The notes under the pieces were generated by a model. The model ran no database searches. It was not told the origin of the DNA and worked only from the letters and a program-made list of their open reading frames with translations. The position numbers were made by a program, and so were the translations under genes. This document shows, piece by piece, positions 49,643 through 57,833 of a stretch of DNA of 64,000 nucleotides. How positions within the stretch are numbered: position 1 is the stretch's first letter; the number at the start of each line of letters is the position of its first letter. Origin of the DNA: a virus; IMG/VR virus record IMGVR_UViG_3300024517_000019, positions 2,370 through 66,369 of that record, one strand, 5' to 3'.

Positions 49643-51213
49643 CCCCTCTCGTCCTCCGCCCACTGCAAGAGAAGGCAGACCTGCTTGTCAGGCGTGCCAT
49701 CTCCAAGCACCAGCGGGTCGTCCTAGTGGCTCCAACTGGATCTGGCAAACGCTATCTGCTGGTCCATTGGTGCATGGGTGCCTTGAGCAAGGGGAAGCGA
49801 GTCCTGTTCATCACCGACCGTCGCATTCTTGTTAATCAGATGGCAGCCGAGTGTGCCAAGCACTCTGTCCCCTTTGGGATGATCATGGGAAGCGAGCCAA
49901 GGGACGACTCGGCACTGCTACAGATCGCCAGCATCCAGACGCTACGCAGGCGTAAGTACAAGGACATGCCAGACGCTGACTTCATCTGTCATGACGAAGC
50001 TCACAAAGAACCCAAGGCTTGTCAGGAACTGTTTGACCTTCACCCGAAAGCCAAGATCGTTGGCGTCACAGCCACTCCTGTTGGCCCCAAGGGAACGTCC
50101 TTGATTGGCATCTATGACACCGTGGTTGAGGGCATGGTCAACAGCGAACTGCTGGCTGGTGGATGGCTACTACATACCAAATGTTGGACACCCAGCGAGC
50201 CTGACATTGAGGGCGTGACTGTGTCTTCCAGCGGGGAATACAACCAATCACAGCTGGGCAAACGGGTTGAGGAATGCACTGTCTTTGCTGACGTGTTTAA
50301 GCACTGGGAACCTTACCAAAACGAACAGACGATCCTCTTCTCGCCCAAGGTCAAGTTTGCCTACGGGATTGCCGAGCAGTTCAACGACCGTGGAGTCACT
50401 GCCGAGGTGATTGAGGCCGGGACTTCAAGCCAAGATCGTCCCCCCATGTTCGAGCGATTCAACAACCGGGAGACCCGCGTCTTGGTCAGCGTCGATGTCC
50501 TGAGAGAAGGCTTTGACGCTCCGATAGCAAGCGTCGGTATCGACCTTCAGCCGAACAAGCAGTTCAGGACCTATTGGCAAAAGGTTGGCCGAGTGCGACG
50601 TACCTACCCTGGTCAGACCCATGCCACTTGGCTGGACTTCGCTGGTAACTTCTGGCGGTTCTGGCACCCTGATGAAGACCCTGACTGGAAAGAGGTCACC
50701 TCTACCAGAAACATCCAGGATGTTATCGACCAGGTTAAGGGGACCCAGTGTCGAGCGTGTGGCAAAGGCAATGTCTACAAGGGTCAATGTCAGCACTGCG
50801 GCGAGCGGGTTGGTGAGACGAAGAAACCCTGGTCCTGCTCGAAGTGCCACTACAGCCTTTCCCAGTGGGAGAAGATGACTAATGGCAAGTGCCCCAACTG
50901 TGGGCACCCTGTGGGCAAGGCAATCCGGCGAATCAAGATGCAAGACGGCTCACTGAAGGCTGTCTCTGCCGAAGAGCGTGGAAAGAAGCTTAAGTCAAAA
51001 GCAAAGAGCGACTGGGTGGGATGCCTGTTCAAGGCATACCACTCTGACAAGTCGATGAACTTCGCTAGGTGGATATACGAGCAGGACCATGGCCACTGGC
51101 CTTCTCCCGAAGAGACAGGCTGTCCTGACCCACTTAGCTACATGTGGCGGCAATCAGTCGCTGAAGCCTGTCCTTGGGTGGCGAGGGCTGCAAACCGAAA
51201 GAGGCGAGACTGA
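49618..51213 (+). CDS. SF2 DEAD/DEAH helicase with C-terminal Zn ribbons
   Basis: APTGSGK, DEAH, TATP, EGFD, QKVGR and four CxxC pairs. Confidence 0.9.
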   Translation: MPEATAEVAPLVLRPLQEKADLLVRRAISKHQRVVLVAPTGSGKRYLLVHWCMGALSKGKRVLFITDRRILVNQMAAECAKHSVPFGMIMGSEPRDDSALLQIASIQTLRRRKYKDMPDADFICHDEAHKEPKACQELFDLHPKAKIVGVTATPVGPKGTSLIGIYDTVVEGMVNSELLAGGWLLHTKCWTPSEPDIEGVTVSSSGEYNQSQLGKRVEECTVFADVFKHWEPYQNEQTILFSPKVKFAYGIAEQFNDRGVTAEVIEAGTSSQDRPPMFERFNNRETRVLVSVDVLREGFDAPIASVGIDLQPNKQFRTYWQKVGRVRRTYPGQTHATWLDFAGNFWRFWHPDEDPDWKEVTSTRNIQDVIDQVKGTQCRACGKGNVYKGQCQHCGERVGETKKPWSCSKCHYSLSQWEKMTNGKCPNCGHPVGKAIRRIKMQDGSLKAVSAEERGKKLKSKAKSDWVGCLFKAYHSDKSMNFARWIYEQDHGHWPSPEETGCPDPLSYMWRQSVAEACPWVARAANRKRRD

Positions 51214-51214
51214 A

Positions 51215-51499
51215 ATGGACGACAAACTTGAGGTACACGTTAAGGAAGCCGATCTGGTCAAACGGATGATCATGGGCAGGGCAGCAGATAAAGCCGTGTT
51301 TGAATTGACCAGTGACGCCCTTGAGTCAGACACCTTGACTATTTCACTCTCGCAACGAGGGTACAGCGTCAGCGTCAATATTGACTTCGATCAAGCCAGG
51401 GAACTTGGAGCAAAAATCCTAGACCTCAATCTCTGGCACAGGCTAGTCAGAGACAACGATCATAAGCTGATCGACAGCGATCACAATTTGATCACTTAA
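51215..51499 (+). CDS. Hypothetical protein
   Basis: ATG immediately after the helicase stop. Confidence 0.55.
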   Translation: MDDKLEVHVKEADLVKRMIMGRAADKAVFELTSDALESDTLTISLSQRGYSVSVNIDFDQARELGAKILDLNLWHRLVRDNDHKLIDSDHNLIT

Positions 51500-51606
51500 G
51501 GGCTGTTACCGCGTCAAACGATACAGCCCTAACCTGTGAAGGGTCATTACGAGATCACTTCCTCATGCCCCGTGGGTGAAGCGGGGCGACTTTCAAGGAA
51601 GCGACT

Positions 51607-51990
51607 GTGACGGAACACAACGACCGACAACGAAGCTCTCAGCGTGACCTGCAGCTTGTACTGCTGGGGGTCGCCTTCACTAAGGGCGACCGGCAACGGG
51701 TGCTCGATGCGATAACACCTGAGCATTGCTGTGCTGAGATTGGTAAGCTCATGGCGGCGATCAAGGCCAGTGACATTGTCCCAATACGGCAGTGGCTGGA
51801 GGATCATGACACCCCTATTGCTGACGGCAACGATGTCATCCAGTCGCTAATTGACTCGGTGCATCGCTACTGCAAACGGGCCAGCATGAAGAACCTGGCA
51901 TTCGAACTGAACATGGCCAGGATCGAAGATACGCCTGAGCTGATTGAACGGTTGCGTAACATGGCAGATGACCTGGAAGGAACCCTGTGA
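51607..51990 (+). CDS. Hypothetical protein (possible DnaB N-terminal-like)
   Basis: 127-aa helical ORF; the similarity is impressionistic. Confidence 0.45.
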   Translation: MTEHNDRQRSSQRDLQLVLLGVAFTKGDRQRVLDAITPEHCCAEIGKLMAAIKASDIVPIRQWLEDHDTPIADGNDVIQSLIDSVHRYCKRASMKNLAFELNMARIEDTPELIERLRNMADDLEGTL

Positions 51991-52196
51991 AGAGCTTCAT
52001 CATTCTCTCGGACGGAACCTGTGTGAACATGAGGTACGTCACCTCTTTCTACCGAGGTTTCTCGCTGGGGGCTGGTGGTTCGTCAGGCATGGTCCTCACT
52101 GTTCGTGGTAGCTCATACCAGGAAGTCAGAGACCCGGATGATGTGAAGAAGATCCGAAGCTATATCGAAGAACACGAATGGGAGAAAGAAGAATGA
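51987..52196 (+). CDS. Hypothetical protein
   Basis: GTGA-coupled 69-aa ORF. Confidence 0.5.
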   Translation: MKSFIILSDGTCVNMRYVTSFYRGFSLGAGGSSGMVLTVRGSSYQEVRDPDDVKKIRSYIEEHEWEKEE

Positions 52197-52561
52197 GTAC
52201 TCTCGTGACTGAGAAAGACATTGAGACAATGGAAGCCGTCCTCGAAGAGAAGGGGATCGCTGCCTTGGCGAGGATGTCCAATAAACTCAACCACTGGAAA
52301 TGGCCTGGCCAACTGGAAAACCCAGAGCCACCAGAACTTTCCGGCAATACGAGCCGCAGGCGACAGTTAATGGAGTGGATCGAAGAAAGGATCGGTAACC
52401 GAGCAGTGCTGAGGGAGCACAACAGTGACATGAGTGAATTGGAGTTCAACGACTTCTGGCGAGGCACGTTCGAGCATCACGGACCTTCTCGTGATCGACA
52501 CAGGGCAAGAATGATGGCTGAGGCCGAGAAGGAAATAGCGAAAGAGAAATCAAGTGCTTGA
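52193..52561 (+). CDS. Hypothetical protein
   Basis: ATGA-coupled ORF. Confidence 0.55.
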   Translation: MSTLVTEKDIETMEAVLEEKGIAALARMSNKLNHWKWPGQLENPEPPELSGNTSRRRQLMEWIEERIGNRAVLREHNSDMSELEFNDFWRGTFEHHGPSRDRHRARMMAEAEKEIAKEKSSA

Positions 52562-52958
52562 ATTTGGGCCAATCGAACTTGCTGAGTGTCAGGCCAATCA
52601 ACCTGCCTCTGCGACACTTGAAGACTACCAGCAGGCAATGGCGTTTGCGGTAGCCGTATGCAGGCACTGCCATTGGTGGGTCGGTGACATGATGCTTGAG
52701 CTGGAGCGACGGTTTGGCGACCTGAGCACTCAGGCACTACCGATGGACAGTATCAGCCTGGATCAGCTTAACCGGATTAAGGCTGTCTCAAGGCGAGTGC
52801 CCAAGGCCAACAGGAGGGCCGACCTTAGCTGGTATCACCACCAGCAGGTCAGCAGGCTACCGAAGCACCTTCAGCAGAACTGGCTGGAGAAGGCCGCCCT
52901 GGAGGGCTGGAGCAGTAACGAGTTTAGGGTTCAGGTTTCGAAGTTCCTGTCGAGCTGA
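52554..52958 (+). CDS. LmbU-like DNA-binding protein
   Basis: WWVGD..VSRRVP..RRADLSWYHHQQV..WLEKAALEGWS..FR matches the LmbU-family pattern. Confidence 0.65.
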   Translation: MLEFGPIELAECQANQPASATLEDYQQAMAFAVAVCRHCHWWVGDMMLELERRFGDLSTQALPMDSISLDQLNRIKAVSRRVPKANRRADLSWYHHQQVSRLPKHLQQNWLEKAALEGWSSNEFRVQVSKFLSS

Positions 52959-53157
52959 GCTTCTTCTTCCACAGAAGCTGATACGCAATAGCACCCTCCA
53001 AGAGAACCCCGCTCACTCCCGTGAGTAGCTTCTTGAACTCGTCCCCGTCAGTCCAACTGCCAGAGAACGAGAAGATCGCTATGGTGCTCATGATCCCCAT
53101 TCCCATGACGGCGATCAGCATGTCCTTCTTACTGAAGCAGGGCGTGTTCCAGTCCAT
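52924..53157 (-). CDS. Small two-TM membrane protein (holin-like)
   Basis: Two hydrophobic helices and a basic C-terminus. Confidence 0.5.
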   Translation of the reverse strand: MDWNTPCFSKKDMLIAVMGMGIMSTIAIFSFSGSWTDGDEFKKLLTGVSGVLLEGAIAYQLLWKKKLSSTGTSKPEP

Positions 53158-53159
53158 GG

Positions 53160-54170
53160 CTAAACCTCAATTGGATCACTGGGATCGACTGGCGGAATCT
53201 GATTGGTTGCCGGAATGAAGAGCACTCCGTCGATCTCAACCTTGGGATACTCTTGTGGCGGAACGACAGGATCGGTGGGCGGATCTGGGGTGTCCCGTGG
53301 GAACGGGTTGTCTACGAAGTCGTAGTACTCGATCAGCTCGTCCATGCTCTTGTCACGAGGTGGCTGGTAGGGAGCTTCGCCGGTTGAGAACCCGCAGTAG
53401 TGATCCGGGGTCGTGTACGACATGACTGACTTGTGGACGTTCTCTCGCTGGAATTCATGCTCCAGGTTGTTGTTGTGACCGCCTTCGTGGCTCAGTAGCT
53501 GAGTGAAGTCTCGGAGGTTCGCTTCGTAGCTGGAGTCGAGGAAGTGGTCTACCTGGTCACCACAGCTACCGTTGTTGAAGTAGGCATAGCCGATTACGTT
53601 GCCAGGAATGAACTTCATCTTGATGTTGATGTTCGCGTCGTTCACGTCATCAACCAGCTTGTGCAAGATCCCCACTCGCAGATACGTCTCAATGTACAGG
53701 TCTGTGGCGACCGTCATGATCGACTTGCCAGACCAAAGATCGTAGACCTTCTCTTTTGTTCCCCAGACACCAGCGGACACTAGCGAGTCCAAGTCAAAGG
53801 CCGATACCGGACCTTCGAAGTAGTCAGTGAAGCTGTTTCGATTGACGTAGAACGTGGCGACATGGTGATCGGGGAACTCAGGATCACATCCCCTCGGCCA
53901 TGACCCTGAACCTGCTGACCTGGCGAGTATCCTCTTGTGGCTCTGGATCAGCCCTTCGGCCATATCGTCGCCACATTCCAGACAGTGAGCCAAAGCCCCT
54001 GGGTCTACGTAGGCTGCGATCTCAGGGTCACCATGGTCAGGGTGGAAGCACTTGCGATCCTTCACGGCTGCCGTTACCGATGGCGAGGCTGCCACCATGG
54101 CGGTATCCAGGTCGGCCATGGCCACGTTTGGTAAGTGGCCCATGGCCTTCATTAGCTTGTTCTGATTCAT
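53160..54170 (-). CDS. Matrixin/metzincin-like zinc metallopeptidase
   Basis: HEGGHNNNLEH zinc motif, SVMSY Met-turn, VIGYAYF, and a Pro-rich C-terminus. Confidence 0.75.
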   Translation of the reverse strand: MNQNKLMKAMGHLPNVAMADLDTAMVAASPSVTAAVKDRKCFHPDHGDPEIAAYVDPGALAHCLECGDDMAEGLIQSHKRILARSAGSGSWPRGCDPEFPDHHVATFYVNRNSFTDYFEGPVSAFDLDSLVSAGVWGTKEKVYDLWSGKSIMTVATDLYIETYLRVGILHKLVDDVNDANINIKMKFIPGNVIGYAYFNNGSCGDQVDHFLDSSYEANLRDFTQLLSHEGGHNNNLEHEFQRENVHKSVMSYTTPDHYCGFSTGEAPYQPPRDKSMDELIEYYDFVDNPFPRDTPDPPTDPVVPPQEYPKVEIDGVLFIPATNQIPPVDPSDPIEV

Positions 54171-54862
54171 CCCAGAATCCCCAGGATCAGCTTGAGTATC
54201 GTGGCGAAATCGAAGTCTCCACCGTCTGCAAAGACTGCCAGCAGAACCTTGATCAGCCCCTTGAGCTTGATCTTGCCTCCACCACGCCTGGCGATCTTGG
54301 CTGACTGCTTGGCGTCACTGCCTAGTGAATCACCGATCGTCTTTAGGGCAGTGGCGACCTGAGCATTCGTCGTCAGACGGCCTGCTGTCCGTTCTGCGGT
54401 CAGTGCAGCACCAACCCCGGCCCTCCAGTCCTTCCAGGCTGCTTCAGCTCCACGGGCCTTCAGGAAGCTGTCCGTGAGCTTCTTCAGTTGAGCCAATCCC
54501 TCGGCACCCGTTGATTTACCGTCGGCGACCTTGGAACCAACGATTGAATAGATTACGGAGAGGCCTGCCGCGTTCTGTGTCTTCTCCGGGTCCGTCACCT
54601 TCGTCGTCAGGTTTCGGACGGTCTGGCTTAGGCTCGATGGCGACGGGACGACTGGGTCGGTCGGGACGTTTCCGGGTGGGGTAGCGGACAAAAAATCCCA
54701 GGTGTGTCCCCCATTCGCGTCAGTCGTGACGACGATCACCGTGCGGCCTGGTTCCCATTTCTGGGTGTTGATGAGCAGATAGCCCGGCCCTTTGCCTGTT
54801 CCGGCCAGGACACTTGCCGCAAATATGAGGAGCAACGCGAGACTGATGTGCCGTTTCTTCAT
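54167..54862 (-). CDS. Secreted/membrane protein with signal peptide
   Basis: MKKRHISLALLLIFAASVLA signal peptide and a hydrophobic C-terminus. Confidence 0.65.
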   Translation of the reverse strand: MKKRHISLALLLIFAASVLAGTGKGPGYLLINTQKWEPGRTVIVVTTDANGGHTWDFLSATPPGNVPTDPVVPSPSSLSQTVRNLTTKVTDPEKTQNAAGLSVIYSIVGSKVADGKSTGAEGLAQLKKLTDSFLKARGAEAAWKDWRAGVGAALTAERTAGRLTTNAQVATALKTIGDSLGSDAKQSAKIARRGGGKIKLKGLIKVLLAVFADGGDFDFATILKLILGILG

Positions 54863-55038
54863 TGCCTTCTCCTTAGCCTTCTCTTTGGAGTGATTGTCGA
54901 ATCACCTGCTATTCTAAACAGCACTACGCCCGGTTGGCGATTACTTAATTGCCGATCTCTGCTCTGAGACAGCTCGTACCGTAGCAGGCTGCGAGCTGTC
55001 TCTTTTCGCACACATACCCACGTCGCCCGTGAGGCCAG

Positions 55039-55082
55039 TGAAAATCTTTTGGGTTTTCGACCGGGGAATTTGTGGCGGGACC
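55039..55082 (+). promoter_or_regulatory. Phage promoter-like motif copy 4, upstream of the RAMP/pentamer-array locus
   Basis: TGAAAATCTTTTGGGTTTTCGACCGGGGAATTTGTGGCGGGACC; the first 27 nt are identical to copy 3. Confidence 0.7.
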
Positions 55083-55106
55083 GACTGGCGGCGGCACGCT
55101 TTTACG

Positions 55107-55178
55107 GGTCACGTCAGGCACGGCAAGGCTTGCTTAGCCTAGGTGCGGTATGCCAACGGCATGGTATGGAATTTTCAC
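55107..55178 (+). ncRNA. GGY-NN pentamer tract A (putative guide RNA)
   Basis: GGTCA CGTCA GGCAC GGCAA GGCTT GCTTA GCCTA GGTGC GGTAT GCCAAC GGCAT GGTAT, then GGAATTTTCAC. Confidence 0.7.
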
Positions 55179-55192
55179 AAGGGAGAAACGGA

Positions 55193-55861
55193 ATGGACTA
55201 TCGGTTTAAGCTTACGGGGAAAACCCCGCTGATCATGCACGCCGACAACATCGCCGCTGGTGATGAACTCAACGCTTGGCGAAAGGACCCAGCGAACAAG
55301 GACCTGAGCGTAAAGGGGGATGATCGCAGCCCTCCGTGGACCTGGTCCACCTACCTCTACTCAGATGGGGATGTCATCACGGTGCCCTCCGAGACCATCA
55401 TGGCCTGCCTCAGGGACGCCGGGAAAACGGTCAAGATCCAAGGCAACAAGACCTTCAAGTCAGCCACCCAGTCTCAGTTGCTGATCAAAGAGATTGACCT
55501 GCCTCTCTTGGTTGACGGTGCTACTGTAGCGATCGCCGACATCCAAAAGTTGCTCGACAAACCCTTCCCTGAGCAAGCGGCTGGAGTCGAGGAATTCGGG
55601 TTTAGTTTGAATCTGAAACGGGTCAAAGTCGCCAGTTCCAAGAATCTCAGGGTTCGCCCTATTTTCGATACCTGGTCTGTGGAGGGGAACCTGACGGTTC
55701 GAGACGATGCTCTCCTGACCGAGGACAAAGTGAAGCTCCTGTTTCGAATTGCTGGCGAAGAAAAGGGCTTGCTCGATTGGCGGCCTGGAGCACCCTGCCC
55801 AGGTCCGTATGGAACTTTTTCAGTGTCGATCACCAAGGTCTGTTCGGCCGGGGTTAGCTAG
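55193..55861 (+). CDS. Stand-alone Cas7/RAMP-like RNA-binding protein (222 aa)
   Basis: GGGAGA RBS. RAMP hallmarks: N-terminal YRFKLTGKTPLIMH strand, ITVPSETIMACLRDAG helix, RVRPIFDTWSVEG, and C-terminal Gly-rich loop GLLDWRPGAPCPGPYGTFSV. Confidence 0.75.
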   Translation: MDYRFKLTGKTPLIMHADNIAAGDELNAWRKDPANKDLSVKGDDRSPPWTWSTYLYSDGDVITVPSETIMACLRDAGKTVKIQGNKTFKSATQSQLLIKEIDLPLLVDGATVAIADIQKLLDKPFPEQAAGVEEFGFSLNLKRVKVASSKNLRVRPIFDTWSVEGNLTVRDDALLTEDKVKLLFRIAGEEKGLLDWRPGAPCPGPYGTFSVSITKVCSAGVS

Positions 55862-55998
55862 GGCAGGGTGGGCTCTGGTCTGGCATGGTAAGGACTTTAT
55901 AAATCACTTAGGGATTGGGTTCGGCAAGCTAGGCTCCGGTGCGGTGGTGCATGGTGAGTCACGTCATGGCATGTCCGGGTGAGGTAAGGAATTTTTCA
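55837..55998 (+). ncRNA. GGY-NN pentamer tracts B and C (putative guide RNAs)
   Basis: B (55837-55891): GGTCT GTTCG GCCGG GGTTA GCTAG GGCAG GGTGG GCTCT GGTCT GGCAT GGTAA, then linker GGACTTTATAAATCACTTA. C (55913-55987): GATTG GGTTC GGCAA GCTAG GCTCC GGTGC GGTGG TGCAT GGTGA GTCAC GTCAT GGCAT GTCCG GGTGA GGTAA, then GGAATTTTTCAC. Confidence 0.75.
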
Positions 55999-56011
55999 CA
56001 AGGGAGAACAA

Positions 56012-56488
56012 ATGTTCGAGATGAAGTACTACGTCAAAAAGGAAGTTGACCAGCTTATGTCCCTCACTGAGGACATGGAACGAGGCACTCTCGTTACCTA
56101 CGAGGATATTGAGAACCTGATTGGCTTCAACAGGGAAGATTCACCGCAATGGCCAAAGGTCATTCGGCTCTGGCGTAAGAGAATGATGCAAGAACGGGGC
56201 ATCTACCCCAAATCAGAGCGTGGCATAGGCTACAGGCTGCCAGAGGTTGATGACCAGATCGACCACAGCATCACAATGGCCAGGAACTCCCGAAAGCGAC
56301 TGGGGGTGGCTGGTGTCCTCTCTGCCATGATTAGGGACGAGGACCTGGATGAGTACCAGACACGGAGGGTCATTGCAGTTCAGGAAGTGGTGGATGAAAC
56401 TCAATCCAGGTTCAATATCGAGGCAGCCAAGCGGAAAAAATGGTTCTCCGCTCAGCCCAGGCTGCCTCGTCCTGGTGACTCAAGTTAG
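56012..56488 (+). CDS. Accessory protein embedded in the arrays (wHTH-like plus coiled coil)
   Basis: GGGAGA RBS. TLVTYEDIENLIG..SERGIGYRL resembles a winged-helix wing. Confidence 0.7.
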   Translation: MFEMKYYVKKEVDQLMSLTEDMERGTLVTYEDIENLIGFNREDSPQWPKVIRLWRKRMMQERGIYPKSERGIGYRLPEVDDQIDHSITMARNSRKRLGVAGVLSAMIRDEDLDEYQTRRVIAVQEVVDETQSRFNIEAAKRKKWFSAQPRLPRPGDSS

Positions 56489-56676
56489 GCATGGTGTGCT
56501 CCGGTGAGGCTCGCTCCGCCACGCTATGGTGCGGTGTGGTCAGGCATGGTATGGACTTTTCGCAAATCAATCTTGGTTGGATATGGCAAGCTGAGGCATG
56601 TCATGCCAAGGTGAGGCAAGGACTTTTTACGAATCAATTCGGGCACGGTTCGCTTTGGCTCGGTCGTGCTGGGTTC
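56488..56676 (+). ncRNA. GGY-NN pentamer tracts D, E, F (putative guide RNAs)
   Basis: D (56488-56552): GGCAT GGTGT GCTCC GGTGA GGCTC GCTCC GCCAC GCTAT GGTGC GGTGT GGTCA GGCAT GGTAT. E (56575-56619): GGTTG GATAT GGCAA GCTGA GGCAT GTCAT GCCAA GGTGA GGCAA. F (56642-56676): GGCAC GGTTC GCTTT GGCTC GGTCG TGCTG GGTTC. Linkers GGACTTTT..AATCAAT. Confidence 0.75.
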
Positions 56677-56749
56677 GAAATCAACACCGAAACACTTACG
56701 GCCATTGCCGACACCGCAGCCGATGAGGACTGTGGCTGTGGACCTTAAC

Positions 56750-57200
56750 TGCACTTTCCCCATTGACGAAAGGAACCCTGATTAGCCATACTCCCCGACG
56801 TCAAGTCACTAGTGGAAATGACGATCCACTGATGGTGACGGCGATTACAGTTTTGGTATGATTCGGATTCACGAAGGCAAGTCCTGTGCTCTAACACAGG
56901 CAACTGTACCGCCGCCGATCATCGTGGATTTCGTCCCCACGCTCTGATCGGCATTTTTTATGGACAGCGAACACAGGCCCTGACTGCCAAAGGGCCAACA
57001 GTGCAGGGGCCTACCGTTGCGACGACAAGCCTGCATGGACAAATCCGATATCCCGTGAAAGTTGTGGTTGAAACCCACGGGACGGGGGCTGTGATTTCAA
57101 TTGATCCCAGCAGCCCTGATTAGATTCGGTGCCGAGGACCCTTCGTTGGGCGAATGCGAGGCTTTATATCGCGGTGAGCCCTAGGGACCCTTATGCACAC
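56750..57200 (+). ncRNA. Candidate large structured RNA
   Basis: No convincing ORF; at least seven consecutive stem-loops. Confidence 0.3.
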
Positions 57201-57369
57201 TCGTCCCCTGTTACGTTCTGTGTCCGATACAAGTGTGACGCTTGGTGGTGAGGCGTGTACCTCGCTGTCCTTTTAAGAAACCACTGGCGAAAGGAACCGA
57301 CGATGGGATCGTCTCGTCGCACCGTAAGAAAGGCCCTGCCATCAGAGCAGCGGAGAAACTGGAGAAATC

Positions 57370-57567
57370 ATGAAGGTTGAGTACAAGGGGATGGTGGTCC
57401 TGGATGACGACGAGCCAGGACTGGGGATCAGTAACGGCAAGCTGACTGTTGGTGCTGGGGATGAGGGCAATGAGTGCCTGGTTGAGTTCACTGCTCAAGA
57501 GACAGACATCATCAGGGACATGCTGCTATCGCTGGAAGGGAGGAAGCAATGGACACAGAGCACATAG
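57370..57567 (+). CDS. Hypothetical protein
   Basis: GGAGA RBS. Confidence 0.55.
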   Translation: MKVEYKGMVVLDDDEPGLGISNGKLTVGAGDEGNECLVEFTAQETDIIRDMLLSLEGRKQWTQST

Positions 57568-57833
57568 AGTTCGCCATGGGACTGTGCGACCTCTACGCCA
57601 GGGAGAAGAAAACGAATTGCACTTTTTGCATTGCAGGCAAATCTTTCACGCAACACTTCATCAAGAAGTTCGGGAGGCACAAGAGGTACGAATTGAGTGG
57701 TTGGAGCAGGGACATGCGAGCTGTCGTGGGCCATCAGCAAGGCCTCACAGACGAGAACGGCTACAGGTGGCGTTACCTGTGCCCATTGCACCTGAAGATG
57801 ATCCTCAGGCAGTACCTGGAGAAGCAACCATGA
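57549..57833 (+). CDS. CD.Y/CP paralogue family member 1
   Basis: LCDLY..LCPLHLKMILRQYLEK. Confidence 0.6.
   Translation: MDTEHIEFAMGLCDLYAREKKTNCTFCIAGKSFTQHFIKKFGRHKRYELSGWSRDMRAVVGHQQGLTDENGYRWRYLCPLHLKMILRQYLEKQP

Noticed and set aside
55100-56700. Canonical CRISPR array next to the Cas7-like gene
   Set aside because: There are no 23-47-bp identical repeats with unique spacers. The periodicity is 5 nt, and no other cas genes are seen.
56491-56763. ORFs 56491-56748(+) and 56524-56763(-), and the 55049 N-terminal extension of the RAMP gene
   Set aside because: They run through the 5-nt-periodic tracts or the promoter motif, lack an RBS and give non-protein-like sequence.
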